Below are positions 1 to 13,140 of a stretch of 63,417 nt of DNA, piece by piece. Position 1 is the stretch's first letter. Each line of letters starts with the position of its first letter. Position numbers and translations under genes: made by a program. A model generated the notes under the pieces. The model was given only the letters and a program-made list of their open reading frames with translations, was not told the origin of the DNA and searched no databases. The DNA lies in NCBI RefSeq assembly GCF_000143415.4, contig NW_003314303.1:559043-622459 (forward strand), in the 5' to 3' direction. The DNA is from Selaginella moellendorffii. Taxonomy: Eukaryota; Plantae; Lycopodiophyta.

Positions 1-78
1 AAAAAAACAAGGAAGAGGCGAAACTAGCTGGTACCACGCTTTGGGCTTCACCTTGACCCGTATTAGTATGTGTATTAG

Positions 79-346
79 TACTCGGACTCGGTCTCGGACT
101 CGGTCTCGGACTCGGTCTCGGACTCGATCTCGGACCCGACTTCGGACTTGACCTCGGACTCGGTCTCGGACCTGATTTGGATCTCGAACTCTATCTCGAA
201 CTCGGTCTCAAACTCGGTCTCTGATTAGGCCTCTATCTTGAACTCGGTCTCAAACTCGGTCTCCGATTAGGCCTCGGACTCGATCCCGGACACTATCTCA
301 AACTCGGTCTCAGAGTTAGTCTTGGACTCGATCTTTGACTCGGTCC
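79..346. repeat. 6/12-bp tandem array (CTCGGA/CTCGGT) inside LTR A
   Basis: Direct reading; the same array lies on the opposite strand at 34030-34320. Confidence 0.9.
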
Positions 347-892
347 TATCCGATGAACTCTTTGTCATTTTAGTCATGCTTTCGGGGATCCTTTAGCCTA
401 CGACACCTTGGCGAGTTGGTTCCTTACAACTCCACCACCCATAGAAGAAATTCGATGCCCACATCGAACGTCTCTTTTTCTTTTTTATCCTACGACTTTT
501 TGACCATGTCTCCGGGGGCATCCCCCCACTTAGTGGTATGCCTAAGTTAGCCTCCCTAGCCAAGAGCCCATACGGACTATAGGTGTCCCTATACTCCTCA
601 CCTCACCACGCCCTAGTATGGGGTCGGGACTTGAACCTAGCCTTGCTTTACTAGGGGGTTGGGACTCGAACCCTACCTCCATAGAATATGTCTACAGATT
701 CAACATCCCCGCAGGGAGTCGGGTGTAGTTCCCTACGCCTGGTCGACCTAGCTAACCCATGCTAATTAGCTTACCTTCGGCGCGCCTTCAGATCCCAACA
801 TATGCCATTTCTCAACTTCACAAATTCATACTTTAATTGAACTTTGCATAAGTACATAGAGTTCTGCCTTGCAGAAATTCCTCCACTAGATC

Positions 893-3800
893 TTACACGT
901 TTGCTAGATTCTCCTCTGGTTCCCATGTTGCTTCGCAGTGTGGAAATCCTTTCCACTTCACATGGAACTCTCTCACCTCGCGTCCTTGTCGCTTGCTTTT
1001 GTGCGCATTGAGAATGGCCTCGACTTTGTATTCCTCTTCCCCTTGGATAACCTTAGGTAAAAGTTTTACTTGGTCCTTGCGAAGCGGATCCTCAAAATAC
1101 ACCTTGAGTAAGTTCACGTGGAACACGGGGTGCATCTTCCCCATCTCTCGAGGAAGTTGGAGACGGTAAGCCACTTTACTGATTCGAGCCTCAAACTTAT
1201 AAGGCCCCGCAAACTTGCTTAAGGAACTCAAGATCAATTCATTTACAGGAATACATGCATTTTTACCTTTGGGTCAACTTCTGGCTGATCCCACTTGGTA
1301 GCCTGAGGTTCTTGGTGTTCAGCCACACCTTCTCCCCAGCTTGGAACTCTACATCCCGATGCTTCTGGTTCGCGTACTTGGTTTGCCTTTGTTGAGCCTG
1401 TTCCAAGGAATCCCTCACTATATTCCAATGTTGAGTCTTTCCGCCGTGAATACCTCCACTGCGGGTAACTCTCCATGATACTCGGCCACGCCGAGTTCCA
1501 CAAGACCTCAATAGCTCGCCCATCGATGACTTCCCATGGACTCACCCCGATGCTCGAATGTATTGAGTTGTTATAACACATTTTCGCAAGTCCCAAATGA
1601 CTTACCCAATCGGTCTGGTCTCCCGAGACATAGCATCGCAAATACTTCTCCAGCTGCCTATTCACCCTTTCCGTTTATCCGTCTGTCAAGAAGTGTTAGT
1701 GCCATCAAACTTGACTTAATACCCATTACCTGTCTGTGGGTGATAGGCTGTGCTGAATTTCAACTTGGTGCGATACTATTCCAGGAGTGTTCTCCAGAAC
1801 CTACTAGTGAAGATCTTATCTCGATCCGAGATAATCTCTTTAGACCTTCCCCGCACTCAAACCACTTGTTCGAAGAACAACTTCGCCACACCTTCTGCAT
1901 CCACTTCCGTTGTGGTGGGTATGAAATGTGCCATCTTCGAAAATCGGTCCAGCACCACCAATATCGCATCGAACCCCTCGCTTGGGGGGAGTCCTGTGAT
2001 GAAGTCTATCGTAAGACATTTCCACGGATGATCTGGAATTGGGATGCTTTGTAACAAGCCCCCACTAGCCTTAGTCACAGCTTTGACCTGCTGACATGTG
2101 GAACATGTCTTTACATAGTCTTGGATGTCCTTAGCCATATCTAGCCAGTGGTACTTCCTCTTGAGTAAGCCCATTGTCTTGTGCACTCTGCTGTGTCCCG
2201 CAAGAGGTCTGTCATAACACTCTTCTAAGGCTAACTTCCTTAGTTCCCCTTCTGGAACATTTGCTTGTAATATATGAGTCCGTTACATTCCGAATAACCT
2301 GTTTTCTCTTCCATTGGCAGCTCACCTCTCTAGTGGGCTTCCCGTGCCTCTAGATTCCTCAGCAACACTTCTTGTGCTAGACCATCGTTCTCGTATGCGG
2401 TCTGCACATCATCCCAAAAGGTTGCTGTCGCGCTGGATATCGCCAACTTTAAACTCGCTTTTCGACTTAGCGCATCTGCCACGATGTTGCTCTTCCCAGG
2501 TTTGTACAGAATCTCGCAATCAAACTCGGCCAAAGCATTAGCCCACCAACCTTGTTTTCCCCTCAGGTCGGGCTGTGACAAGAAGTGTTTCGTTGCCACA
2601 TTGTCCATCTAAACTTTGAAGTGTCTCCCAAGGTAGTGTCGCCACTCCTTGAGCGCCTTGACCACTGCAAACAATTCCTTCTCATGGGCAGGCCACTTCT
2701 GTTGAGCTTTGTCCAACTTCTTCGAGAAGAACACTACTAGATGGTTGTCTTGCTTCAAAACTGCGCCCAATGCAAAGTCTGAAGCATCCATTTCTACCTC
2801 AAAGTCCTTACCAAAGTTTTGTAAGGCCAACACAGGAGCCTTCCTCAACTTCCCCTTGAGATGGACGAATGCCACCTTGCATTCTACTGTCAATACCATC
2901 TTCTCTTTTCCCGTTTGGTCCGTTAAGGGCAAGGCTACTCTCGAATAGTGTCTGATAAACTTTTGATAGTAGTTGCATAGCCCCTTAACTCGTGTACATT
3001 CAATGGTCGCTCCCAATCCTAGATCGCTTGGACCTTCTCAGGGTCCACCTTGAGCCTGTCCTTGCCCACCACATGCCCCAGAAACTTTACCTCTTGTTGA
3101 GCAAAGTCACATTTGCTGTCTTTAGCATAGAGCTTGTGTTCCCTTAGTTTCTCAAACACCTTCATCAAGTGTTTGGCATGCTCCTCTAGCGTTTCGCTAT
3201 AGATTAAGATATTGTCAATATAGACGACCACAAAGTGATCCAGATAGGGTACAAAGATATGGTTCATCAACGCCGAAAATGTTGCCGGCGCATTGCATAG
3301 CCCGAAGGGCATCACCAGAAACTCAAAGCTCCCATACCTTGTTCGACAGGTTGTCTTCTCGACATCTTCCTCTGCTACCCTGATCTGGTAGTATCCTGAC
3401 CTTAGGTCAATCCTCGAGAAGTATTTTGCCTTTCCCAACCTATCGAACATGTCCTCAATCCTTGGCAAAGGGTACTTGTTCTTCTTTGTATATTTGTTAA
3501 GCAACTGGTAGTCTATGCACATGGGCATAGATCCATCTTTCTTTTTCACAAATAACACTAGCGCCCCATACGGCGACTTGCTCAACCTAACATACCCTTT
3601 GTCCACCAACTCCTTTAGTTGGCACTTAAGCTCCGCAAGTTCCTTTTCGTTCAAGCGATAGGGGGGACAAACCACCGCCTCAGCACCCTCAATCAGCTCA
3701 ATCTTATGTTCTATCGGTCGTGCGGGGGCAACCCCACCGGTAGCTCCTCTGGCATGGTATCTTGGAATTGATCCAACACCTGCTGGATCACTAAAGGTAC

Positions 3801-5581
3801 TTCTTCCGTTCCTGTCTTTTTCTCACTACTCACCGAGAGTAAGCACAAAAATGCAGCCTTGGTCCCTTTAGTGAGTTGTCCTCTCGTGGACACCAGGTTT
3901 CGGCATGAATCTTTGGCCTTGCATTGCCCTACCTTTAGATCCTGGGCCTCCGTAGATCTTCTTCCTTGGGCATTTGCTAATACCACAAGGTTCCTACTTT
4001 ATTCATGTAGGGCTACCACAAACCGATTGAACCAATCCATCCCAAAGATCACGTCAAATCCCGCCATATCCAACACGGTGAAATCTATGTCTCCTTTCCA
4101 AGTCCTTACTTCGACTCTCGCTTGTCGAAGTACCTCATCAGTGCTTTGGTTACCTTGAACAAACTCTATAGTCCTTGGTTCGCCTAGCCGTTGCACCGTT
4201 AGTCCGGCTTGCCGGACTATGTCTGCAGCCACAAAATTATTCGAAGCACCCGTGTCAATAAGGATCTTAACAAAGCTACCTCCGAGCTTCCCTCGGAGGA
4301 CTAGTAGATGTCGCGAACGACTCTCTACCAAAGTTGCTCGTGTAATGAGTAACTTTGAGCTAGGGACTGGATCACATACCTCAGTTTGGACTTCACCCGA
4401 CTTAATGGCCATATTGGCTCTGGCCTTCTTCGGGTAGGGACATTCCCTTGAAAAGTGTCTCGCTTCACCACAGTTGTAGCATACATTGTTTTCCACGCTG
4501 CTAAATGACTTGACCTTCTTATCCATGGGTTTATCTCTTTTTGCTTGACTCCCCCACGTACTTGCTCGCTGGCCACCGGATTTGCCTTTCCGGAACCTCG
4601 AGGACTCATTCTTAGAGAAACTCTTCTTGAATTTCCCTTTGCTATATGTTCCCCATGGTTTGGCCCCTTTGCTAAACGTGGACCCCGACCCCGTCGTGTT
4701 CCCCTTTCGCAAGTTATTGTTGAAATGCACCTTGATAGCCGCATCCAACGCTTCTTTGTAATTGGTCAGGTTCCAACGCATCACCTCGCCACGAGCCTAG
4801 GTTTGCAAGCCCGATATGAAGGCATGGAACGCATCCATATCCCCCATATCCGTGACAAGTATCCTCTTTGCCATAAACATTCATACTCCTGAATGGTTCC
4901 GGTCTACTTCAGCCTACTCAGCTTGTCTCTTAGATGCAGAGTAGCATTCGGAGGAATGCAAGTCACGCGGATCCTCGCCTTCATTATGTCCCACGTGGCC
5001 ACCGGTCCTTCGTTAGCCTCCGTCATTCTCCACCAAGACTTGGCATTATCTGCCAAGTATGGTTTTGCACATGGGACCTTCTCCGAGCTCGGTAATCGCA
5101 ACACTCGGAAGTAGTCCTCCATATCATAAAACTAATCCTCCACCACCTTATAGTCGTTCACTCCCTTAAAGACCGGTGGGGGCTTTTGTTTGTACTTGGG
5201 AATTGCTTGAGGGACTGATTCCACTTCGGTCTGTTTGACCTTGTTTGGTTCTACCTCAGTCCTTACCGAAAGGTCCGCACCTTCTACGCTACCAGCATCC
5301 GCAGTCTTTCGCTTTTTCTTCCACTTCTCGTCACGCTTTAGCTTGCGTACAAGAGTCTCCAGCAGGGCATTGGTTTGTGCCAATTGTCCTTCTAGAACGT
5401 CCAATCGAGCCTTGGATGACCGCACTTCGCCATTGAACTCCTGTTCAGAAGTTTCCTCACTGGAGTCCTCCTCACGCAAGGATTTCTCATCCATAGCCTC
5501 TTGTTCGACTGGAGGCTCCAGCTCTGGAGGAGGTTCTATCTCTGCCTTGGTTCGTTTTCGCCCTGCCTTTGCCATTTCCAA
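893..5581 (-). pseudogene. gag-pol polyprotein broken by stops and frameshifts: Gag, CCHC knuckle, protease, RT, RNase H, integrase, chromodomain
   Basis: CYNCGEARHFSREC knuckle; ILIDTGAS protease; [22 protein letters not shown] and YIDN (RT); DASDFALGAVL (RNase H); CSTCQQ, IDFITGLP, GPY (integrase); YKVEAIL...FHVKWKGFPHCEATWEPEENL (chromodomain). Confidence 0.95.
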
Positions 5582-6393
5582 GCAATCCGCCTCTATCCTT
5601 CGCTAGAACTGAGGAAAAGGCTCCAATACCAAATTGTAAGCCACAAATTTTTCCTTTCCAATTTGCCAGCTTACCTCGTCTATCCATCCAACATTGCCTT
5701 GACTTTTGCTAAGTTCCCTCGCCAAGGTTCCCGCCTATGGTACCAGCTGCTACTTGGTCCTACTTGGTTTCAACTACTCACTGCACGAACAACGGAGTGT
5801 TAGCCATCCATCCACAGATCCCCAAATCTCTCCCAATCCCCCTCCTTGGGTTAGATTGGACTTAAGGTTTAGCTACACTCCCTGCAGGCACAAGCAGCCA
5901 AGCACACCAAGCCTTCAGGTTTCTAACACCCCTTGGTACCACAAGAATTGATCATGGGACCCTCTAAATCCCAAATCTTGGGTGCAACACTTGCTTCGGG
6001 AATCCGGGGCAAAACACCGTGGCCTAATGGTCCGGTATAGGTACCTCTACCCCCCCACTTCCATCCCGAAGGAAGGCCCAAGCCCCTAGGAAGGGCGAGG
6101 ACCAATGAGCCGCATGGTACTCAAGTGGGGCACCACTCCACATGAGCAGGGAGCACCACAGTCGGTTTCCTTTTCGGGAGTGAGAGTTACTCTTAAGCAC
6201 TTCCTGGGCTGGCCCCTCCGGCACCACCCAAGTCCCTGCTCACTCCCACCCAAGGCCCCTTGGCCCTAGTCTCAACCTCAAGTCAGTTTGGAAGCACCAC
6301 TGGAGAGTTCCTTCAAGATTGGTTCCTGGACCTCACTATCCCTACTACACTTTTGGAACCCCTTGCAGCCCCCCCCCCCCCCCCCGGACCCAC

Positions 6394-6746
6394 NNNNNNN
6401 NNNNNNNNNNNNNNNNNNNNNNNNNNNNNNNNNNNNNNNNNNNNNNNNNNNNNNNNNNNNNNNNNNNNNNNNNNNNNNNNNNNNNNNNNNNNNNNNNNNN
6501 NNNNNNNNNNNNNNNNNNNNNNNNNNNNNNNNNNNNNNNNNNNNNNNNNNNNNNNNNNNNNNNNNNNNNNNNNNNNNNNNNNNNNNNNNNNNNNNNNNNN
6601 NNNNNNNNNNNNNNNNNNNNNNNNNNNNNNNNNNNNNNNNNNNNNNNNNNNNNNNNNNNNNNNNNNNNNNNNNNNNNNNNNNNNNNNNNNNNNNNNNNNN
6701 NNNNNNNNNNNNNNNNNNNNNNNNNNNNNNNNNNNNNNNNNNNNNN
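6394..6746. other. Assembly gap (N run)
   Basis: 353 Ns. Confidence 1.
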
Positions 6747-7292
6747 CTTTGGGCTTTCACCCCCAAACCTCCCTTAGTACCAGGAGTTAGTCTCTGGGAC
6801 AAGCTCGAAACTTATTAAATATAGAATGTCCCTAGATTACACTATTGTGTTTAGAACAATCTTTATATTTCGTAGATATGCCAAATGAGCGAATCTAGAC
6901 ACTTTCTATAAATAGCATTTGGGACTAAAATGAGACGAACACAAAGAGCATGATAGCGAGGGTATTTAACAAACATAGTAAGCTATCATATAGTGATATT
7001 GAGGGACTGGACTCAATACGCGAGGGTTGTTGCCAAGCCAATACAAAACAGAGCAAAAGAAAACTAACAAGCCGGGCCAAATATGCTTGGCTAAATAGAC
7101 ACTTAAGAATTCCATCCTTATGCTCATCCGGCCAAGTATAGATGCTAAGTCTAGTTTACTAACACTTGGACAAAAGGGGCTAATAAAGAGAATTAACAGT
7201 ACCGACCTCCTGCCGTCATGGCAATAAGGAAAGAGTGTCTGTAAGGGCTAGCTGACAAGTATCTTTCGATACCCGAAGTCACATTCGCGACA
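6747..7292 (-). mobile_element. Partial LTR of family C, diverged, with a ~40-bp deletion
   Basis: Reverse complement of the first half of the LTRs at 19101, 37062 and 42955; ends ...ACATTCGCGACA. Confidence 0.9.
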
Positions 7293-7696
7293 TCATCACT
7301 TCCACTATAATAGAGTAAAGTCGTGTCCTTAACATTTTTTTCTCTACCAAGTTATAGTGGGGAGGAATGGTGTTTGTAGAGAAATAAATTTGCATATCTT
7401 TCAATCAAGTGGTAGGCATAGAGATTGCAAATAAGTATAGGAGGTTTTACAAAGACAGAACATTCTCTAGATTAAGAGAAATGCTATATTCTCTATATTT
7501 TTGGAAACATTTTTGCAAAAAAATTAAATGTTCCCTTTTAGAGCTGAAAACACTAAAATCATCTATGAAAACTCTCATGAAATCAATAAAAGATTCTTTG
7601 AAAGTATCTATAACAACTTTTTAAAACGTAAAAGGAGTATTACATAAGCCAAAAGGCATTTTGCAATAAGTATAAACTCCCTATAAGCTTATAAAT

Positions 7697-7765
7697 TTAG
7701 ATGGATTCTCTGGCTATAATCAGATGGAAGTAGCACCTGAAGATCAATATAAAATGGCTCATCTC
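7697..7765 (+). pseudogene. Short old Gypsy RT fragment
   Basis: Translates to DGFSGYNQMEVAPEDQYKM, matching the Gypsy RT motif LDGFSGYNQIxIAPEDQxKT. Confidence 0.65.
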
Positions 7766-8834
7766 ATGACTTGCTATTGAATTTAAAATTTCGTTTGTAA
7801 AAGGAATCAGAAACATATCCTTTTTTCTTGCATCATTTAACTTTTTGTAATTCACACAAACTCATAATTTGCCATTTTTTTTAGGCACAATTACATGTGG
7901 TGAAAACCATTGAGCATTTTAGATTGAATAGATGAATCCTGCTTAGAAAAGTTTATTTGATTTCTTTCCTAAATTTACCTTGGTAATTAAGATTCATTTT
8001 ATAGGGCATCTGCCTTTTAGGCATATTTCCCAAGAATATCTCACTATGGTGTGTATAAAGTTCTAGTGGGATGCTTTTAAATCTATGTAAGACTAGGCAA
8101 AAATGTTTTTGTAATCTTTTAGTAGATTTATGGTTTGATTGTGAAAAGCTCTATTTCGTTAAAGTGGGATTTATTCAGTAAAATGGGACTAGGTACAAAT
8201 TTTCAAGTATTTGAAAATGACGTGAAATTATATGTTTTTTGTCTAGGGGCTAGACATATCTGGGGCATGGTGACTAGCGCGGTGACTTTGTGTCCAGACT
8301 GAGTCCATCTGGTTGTATAATAAATCTCATTGTCAAGGTGAACAAGCCGAATCTGAAGCTAAAGAAGAGCGATGGCATGCGCGCACACACTATTTGTTTG
8401 TTCATTGAGCGTGTGGTGAGCTTTCCAAGATGAACGTCATTCCTATTAGCCAGACATATAACTTAATGGTGAGAACATTTAGATATTATTCAATGTTATC
8501 TTTTTCTAACGAATCTAATTGTGAAGGTGTAGCAAGAGGCATTGCTAGTCTGGAGAAGTCATTTAACTCATTTGACCCTTAGTGTATTTTCATGAAACTA
8601 AATAACATTCATATTATTAAGGAATTTCTCTAGTACCTTTTTTTTACGACATAGAGGCTTGCATTTCTTTCAAAGGTGATTTAGTAAAAGGCCTGAGGGC
8701 ACATGCCATTCTATTTCTCAGACCGGTATTAAGATATACTAGTGCAAAGGGCCACATGCCATCACGCCTCCTCTGATTCAGATTCGGATTGTTCACCTTG
8801 AAATAAAATACATTAGAAACTTAGTAAAGGAATA

Positions 8835-9720
8835 TTAATGAATCTCACCTTGAACCCGGGTTATGAATGCTCTTGCTACATCTCTTGCATGGTCTGGCAA
8901 GGTGATGGTGGCACTCTGCTTCCGCATCCAACCATGCACAACATTATCCACCAATATGCTCATGCTGGGATCCCTTGGATTCAGCACCCATCTCTTTTCT
9001 AGGCAATCCTTCGTATATCCGGAACTTGGCTTGAACCACTCCACAGTTACATTGAAGGAGTTAGTTTCCGCGTCCTCCTCCGCATCAATGATGTAGCGCC
9101 CCACCCATATCATTTGTTTTTTATTACTGGGTCTGACAAGCACGACCATTCCTTTGCAGACCTGTACTGGATTGAATGCTGAATCCAGCTTCTTGTTCCT
9201 CGGCCCACAATAGTGATCCTCAACATCGTTATCTGTCACTGCATTTCCAGAGGACATTGTTCCGCTACTATCTGGTGCTCTGGGTTCTGGCCAAAAGGAC
9301 TCTTCCAATTCTTCATATACAACCGGCCCATTTTGGATAGCAGATATAATCTTCTCCCAGTATTCGAGCAAAGGCTTGCACCTCTTAAAATAGGATTCTC
9401 CACCAAACACCAACCCCCTCTTCCAGAAGGCAATATGCTGTCTAATCCCGACCACTATACTTTCCTGGTCTTTGAGTCCATCCGGGTGCATCGGCCGTGG
9501 GGAACCCTGAGGAATCATAGGTTCCCCAGTTATGGGATCTCTCTTGAAGAGTTCAATGCCATCCACTGGCAGCCACACTGTGTCCCATTCTCTCATCTTG
9601 TACCTCATCACTCTACCTCTATCTTCCACAATACGCTAGCCATGAAATTGCAAGGGCCCAAGATGGCATGTGCCCTCATGCCATTTCTAAATGTGGTCCT
9701 AAACCATTCCATGGTGAACA
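8835..9720 (-). pseudogene. Probable C-terminal remnant of a Sola1/DUF7869-like transposase with an SH3/Tudor-like tail; catalytic core not seen
   Basis: GPLQFH*..DRGRVMRYKMREWDTVWLP resembles the PHxFxF...GxVxMxYK...WxP segment that follows the DDE core in this family; KGMVVLVRP...IWVGR...VTVEWF is beta-barrel-like. By-eye match only. Confidence 0.5.
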
Positions 9721-12700
9721 TACCAGGAAGCACAAGTGCCGAATATCAAGAGGAAGCGGTAGCCACACCAAAGACAGTGCCGCTCGCAATGGCGCTTGCA
9801 ATGCCGCAACCGCTTGTAGACGCATAAACCACAGCTCACAACGCCGCTTACACAAGCAGCGCTCACTGCGCTCAGCGGAACCAAGAACACGGCGCACAAA
9901 AATGATAGACCTAGGAATGAGTTCGAGAATTCAAAAATAACACACGCTTGAACGTCACATCAAATCCTCTGACAAACCAGATCTTATGATTCCTCTGACA
10001 AATTTCAAACTGAGTAGCTTCTAGACTTTGCTGTCGGAGGTTGAACTTTGTCACATCATGTCCTTACCTCGATCCAGCTGTGCCATGTCAGTGATTCGAA
10101 CTTTGCCATGCCATGTCAGCGATCCGCGCCAAGATTATTCGCCGTGTAAAGGAATAATTATGCTGTGTGTGTACGTCCATTTATGGCAATATAAGGCCAC
10201 ACGCCATTCAAAGAATAATGCTAGTCGAGCATTTTTTGGTGCATTTTTGGGTTCAAAATTGCATGAGCCCACACGCTATAAAGTTTACCTGTACCAAAAA
10301 TAGAAACAGCTTTATTTACTTAGGAATTTAAGTGGTTGAGGCATTTTTAAACTTACAAACACATGCCCTACTTACATTCCTTTGGTTGCTTAAAATTCAA
10401 AAATATTATAAACCTTTCTTTTTGCATTTTCAATGTTTTCAATTATATTTGCATCCCGTCATGTTTATAGCTAGCTTTCGTTTGTCCCCTTCGCTAGCCT
10501 GAGATACATCTGCTCGGCATCTGCCTCTTATAGCATTTGCCCAGAAAGGGCATCTTTCTTCACGCAGCATTTGCCACATGTTTAGGGTTAGGGTTTAGGG
10601 TTTAGCAATTCAGTAGCTTGATAAACATGCAAATACAGAACTTGATGCAAAATCCTTTGATATGTCACAATGCCCCTAGGACCATAAACACATTTCAATA
10701 GAGAGGGTCCTTTCATTTTATAACTCCTTACGTAGATCTTGGTGAAACCAGAGTTAGTGAAGTTGGTTTCTTGTGATCCCACATCTGATTGTGATGTCCC
10801 TTTGCAGTGTCAATGGAAAGGTCAATGCACACCAAACTGTAGAATCTTGGAGGAAAATAACGGTCAGATCTATGGCAAATGCCCCTGAAACATTGTAAGG
10901 CTCGTGTGGTCTCATGTGGTGTCCGATCGAGATACTTCTTTGCAGGGTCATCAAGAAGGACATTGTATACCATTCTGTAAAATCTAGTTGCGATCTAACG
11001 GTTGGATCTCCAGGAAACTCAAAACAATCTCACGCGTGTTAGAATATTCTAGGAATATACTCCTATGTGCTCCTGAAAATGGCATGCGGCCCCACGCCAT
11101 TCAAGAGATAACGCCAGATGACGCCGAGCATTTTTTGGTGCATTTTTTGGGATCAAAATTGCATGAGCCCACACGCTTGAACGTCACATCAAATCCTCTG
11201 ACAATTTATTTAGCTGAACATCTGGCATTTTTGGAAATACAAGATGCTTTTGAATATCCAATCATGCATGGTATAAATATAGCGAGGGTATTAAATGATA
11301 TCCCAATCATGATCTTTCTTTTGGATTTCGCGTGCATGCAGTCCGAGGAATGATGACGTTGCGGATTTCTTTTGGATTTCACGCATGCGCACGGCGATCC
11401 AGAAATTAATGGTAGCGCCCAAGTCCGAGGAATGATGACGTGGCGGGATTACCAACCGTCGTGACATTTCGCGCGTGTGAGGTTAGGCTTTGCATTTTGC
11501 TTCGTACTCGCGCTCGCACACTCGCGCTCGCATCGCGCTCCCACTTCTCTACAGGTTTCTCGTGTGCATCGGCGTCCACTTGCGCTTGCATCACACTCGC
11601 GCTCGCATCGCGCTCGTGTGCATCGGCGTCCACTTCAAGACACACCCAGTTTGTAACTTTGCCGCCAACTCCGCCGCCCACTCCGCCACCCACACGCAGC
11701 CCACTTGGCGTCCTGGGAGATTTCAACACCACTCTCCAACTGTAAGTGGTAGAGTAGCCTTGCTGCTACGATCCGCTGCACACACAATGCACATTCGCCA
11801 GCGAGTCCGGTTGTCACGCCTCCATTCGGCTTCAAATGGTAAGTTTTTTAGGCCAAGTAGAAAATGGCATGAGGCCACATGCCATTCAGTAGCAACATTG
11901 GCATGCACCGATTGGGCTCTCGAGTGCAGTCCAGTTACAGATGGTGTGTAGCCTCACGCCATCTTAGGATGCAGCCTCAAGACATCTGATGCAGTGGTGA
12001 ATGGCGTGTGGCCTCACGTTATTTCCAGCTGCTAGCTTTTCATCTGTCAGCTCTAATTGTTGTGCATTTCTGAACAGGCGAGGAATTGCGTTCTTCTTCC
12101 AGCCACTGTCAATGTGGATGCAGAGAAGGGGGAGGAGCTCACCAGGTGGACTTTCGGGATGGAAGGCGAGGATTTGAGGCTGTACAACACAGATGGTGGG
12201 AGAAAAGAATGCATGGGGATCCTCATCCAAGTGACAGACACTCCATGCAGTTCCATGCAAGAATATGGACTGGCACTTGTGGTAGAGACAGCATCTGCCT
12301 TCAAGATCCACTTTGCACATCCTAGCAGCTTCCCGGAGGGGGGTAGCGGCTATGAGGAATTCCTAGAGCGAGCTAGGGAGAGGTTGTCCAGGAGGCCCAC
12401 AATTTCAAAGACGCTGCGGGTCTATGAAGATCACATGGAATCCACGGACCTTACCTACGGCGATGTTCAAAAATTATATTCCAACATTGAGCTGTTGAGA
12501 GTGCCTCCAGTTCGCAAAGTGAAGGGGAAGGGGGTTGATCTGGAAACTACCCCAAAGTAGAAAAGGGTGGTCAAGCTCAAGCCGATGTCCGACTCTCCTC
12601 CAAAAAAGAAGCTACTCGGTGATGCCATTGCCTCGGGTTCGAACACTACACCCACCAAAAGAGAAGAGCCGCAAAGAGCAGAAAGAGCAAGAAGAGGCAG

Positions 12701-12744
12701 CAAAAATCGTCGCAGATAATAGTACTTGTTACTATTCCAACAAA

Positions 12745-13140
12745 GTATATACAATCAACGTGAGCCGTATCGACATCCAAAGCAAATACAACCACAGGCT
12801 AGTATCTAATGAGTGGGTGGAGAAACTGAAGCAGAAGATGCTGGCAAGTCCAGTAACACCCGACATCGCAGACGTGATCCCCTACTACCGAACAATGAAG
12901 GGCGAGACGAGGTTTCCAGACTTGATCAATAGGAAGGTGTTGGACGATCAGAACATCCGGTTCTATGCCGTCTCCGGGCAGCATTCTAGCTTGGCGATGC
13001 AAGAGATAGTTGTGGATATTATGGTGGGCGAGGAGGTGAAGAAAGTCTTCAAGACAAGAGTTGTCCGCCTGATAAAAGGCAACTCGCCCCTCCGATCTAT
13101 CATATACATCTCCCACGCGCAGAATGTCAAGCAAGAAATG
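12745..13140 (+). other. ParB/sulfiredoxin-like domain
   Basis: YTINVSRI...NHRLVSNEWVEKLKQKM...IADVI...FYAVSGQHSSLAMQEI follows the ParB-N pattern R..V..L...hhhhGxHxxxA. Confidence 0.55.

Larger units (their letters stand above)
35..6393 (-). mobile_element. Ty3/Gypsy chromovirus LTR retrotransposon (family A), decayed, both LTRs incomplete
   Basis: Partial 3' LTR ~35-428, PPT 429-444 (rc CTATGGGTGGTGGAGT), PBS 5620-5631 (rc TGGTATTGGAGC, iMet-like), 5' LTR from 5635 to the gap. Both LTR pieces match the solo LTR at 33946/49498. Confidence 0.93.

Noticed and set aside
6260-6818. ORFs spanning the X run
   Set aside because: Created by the N gap.
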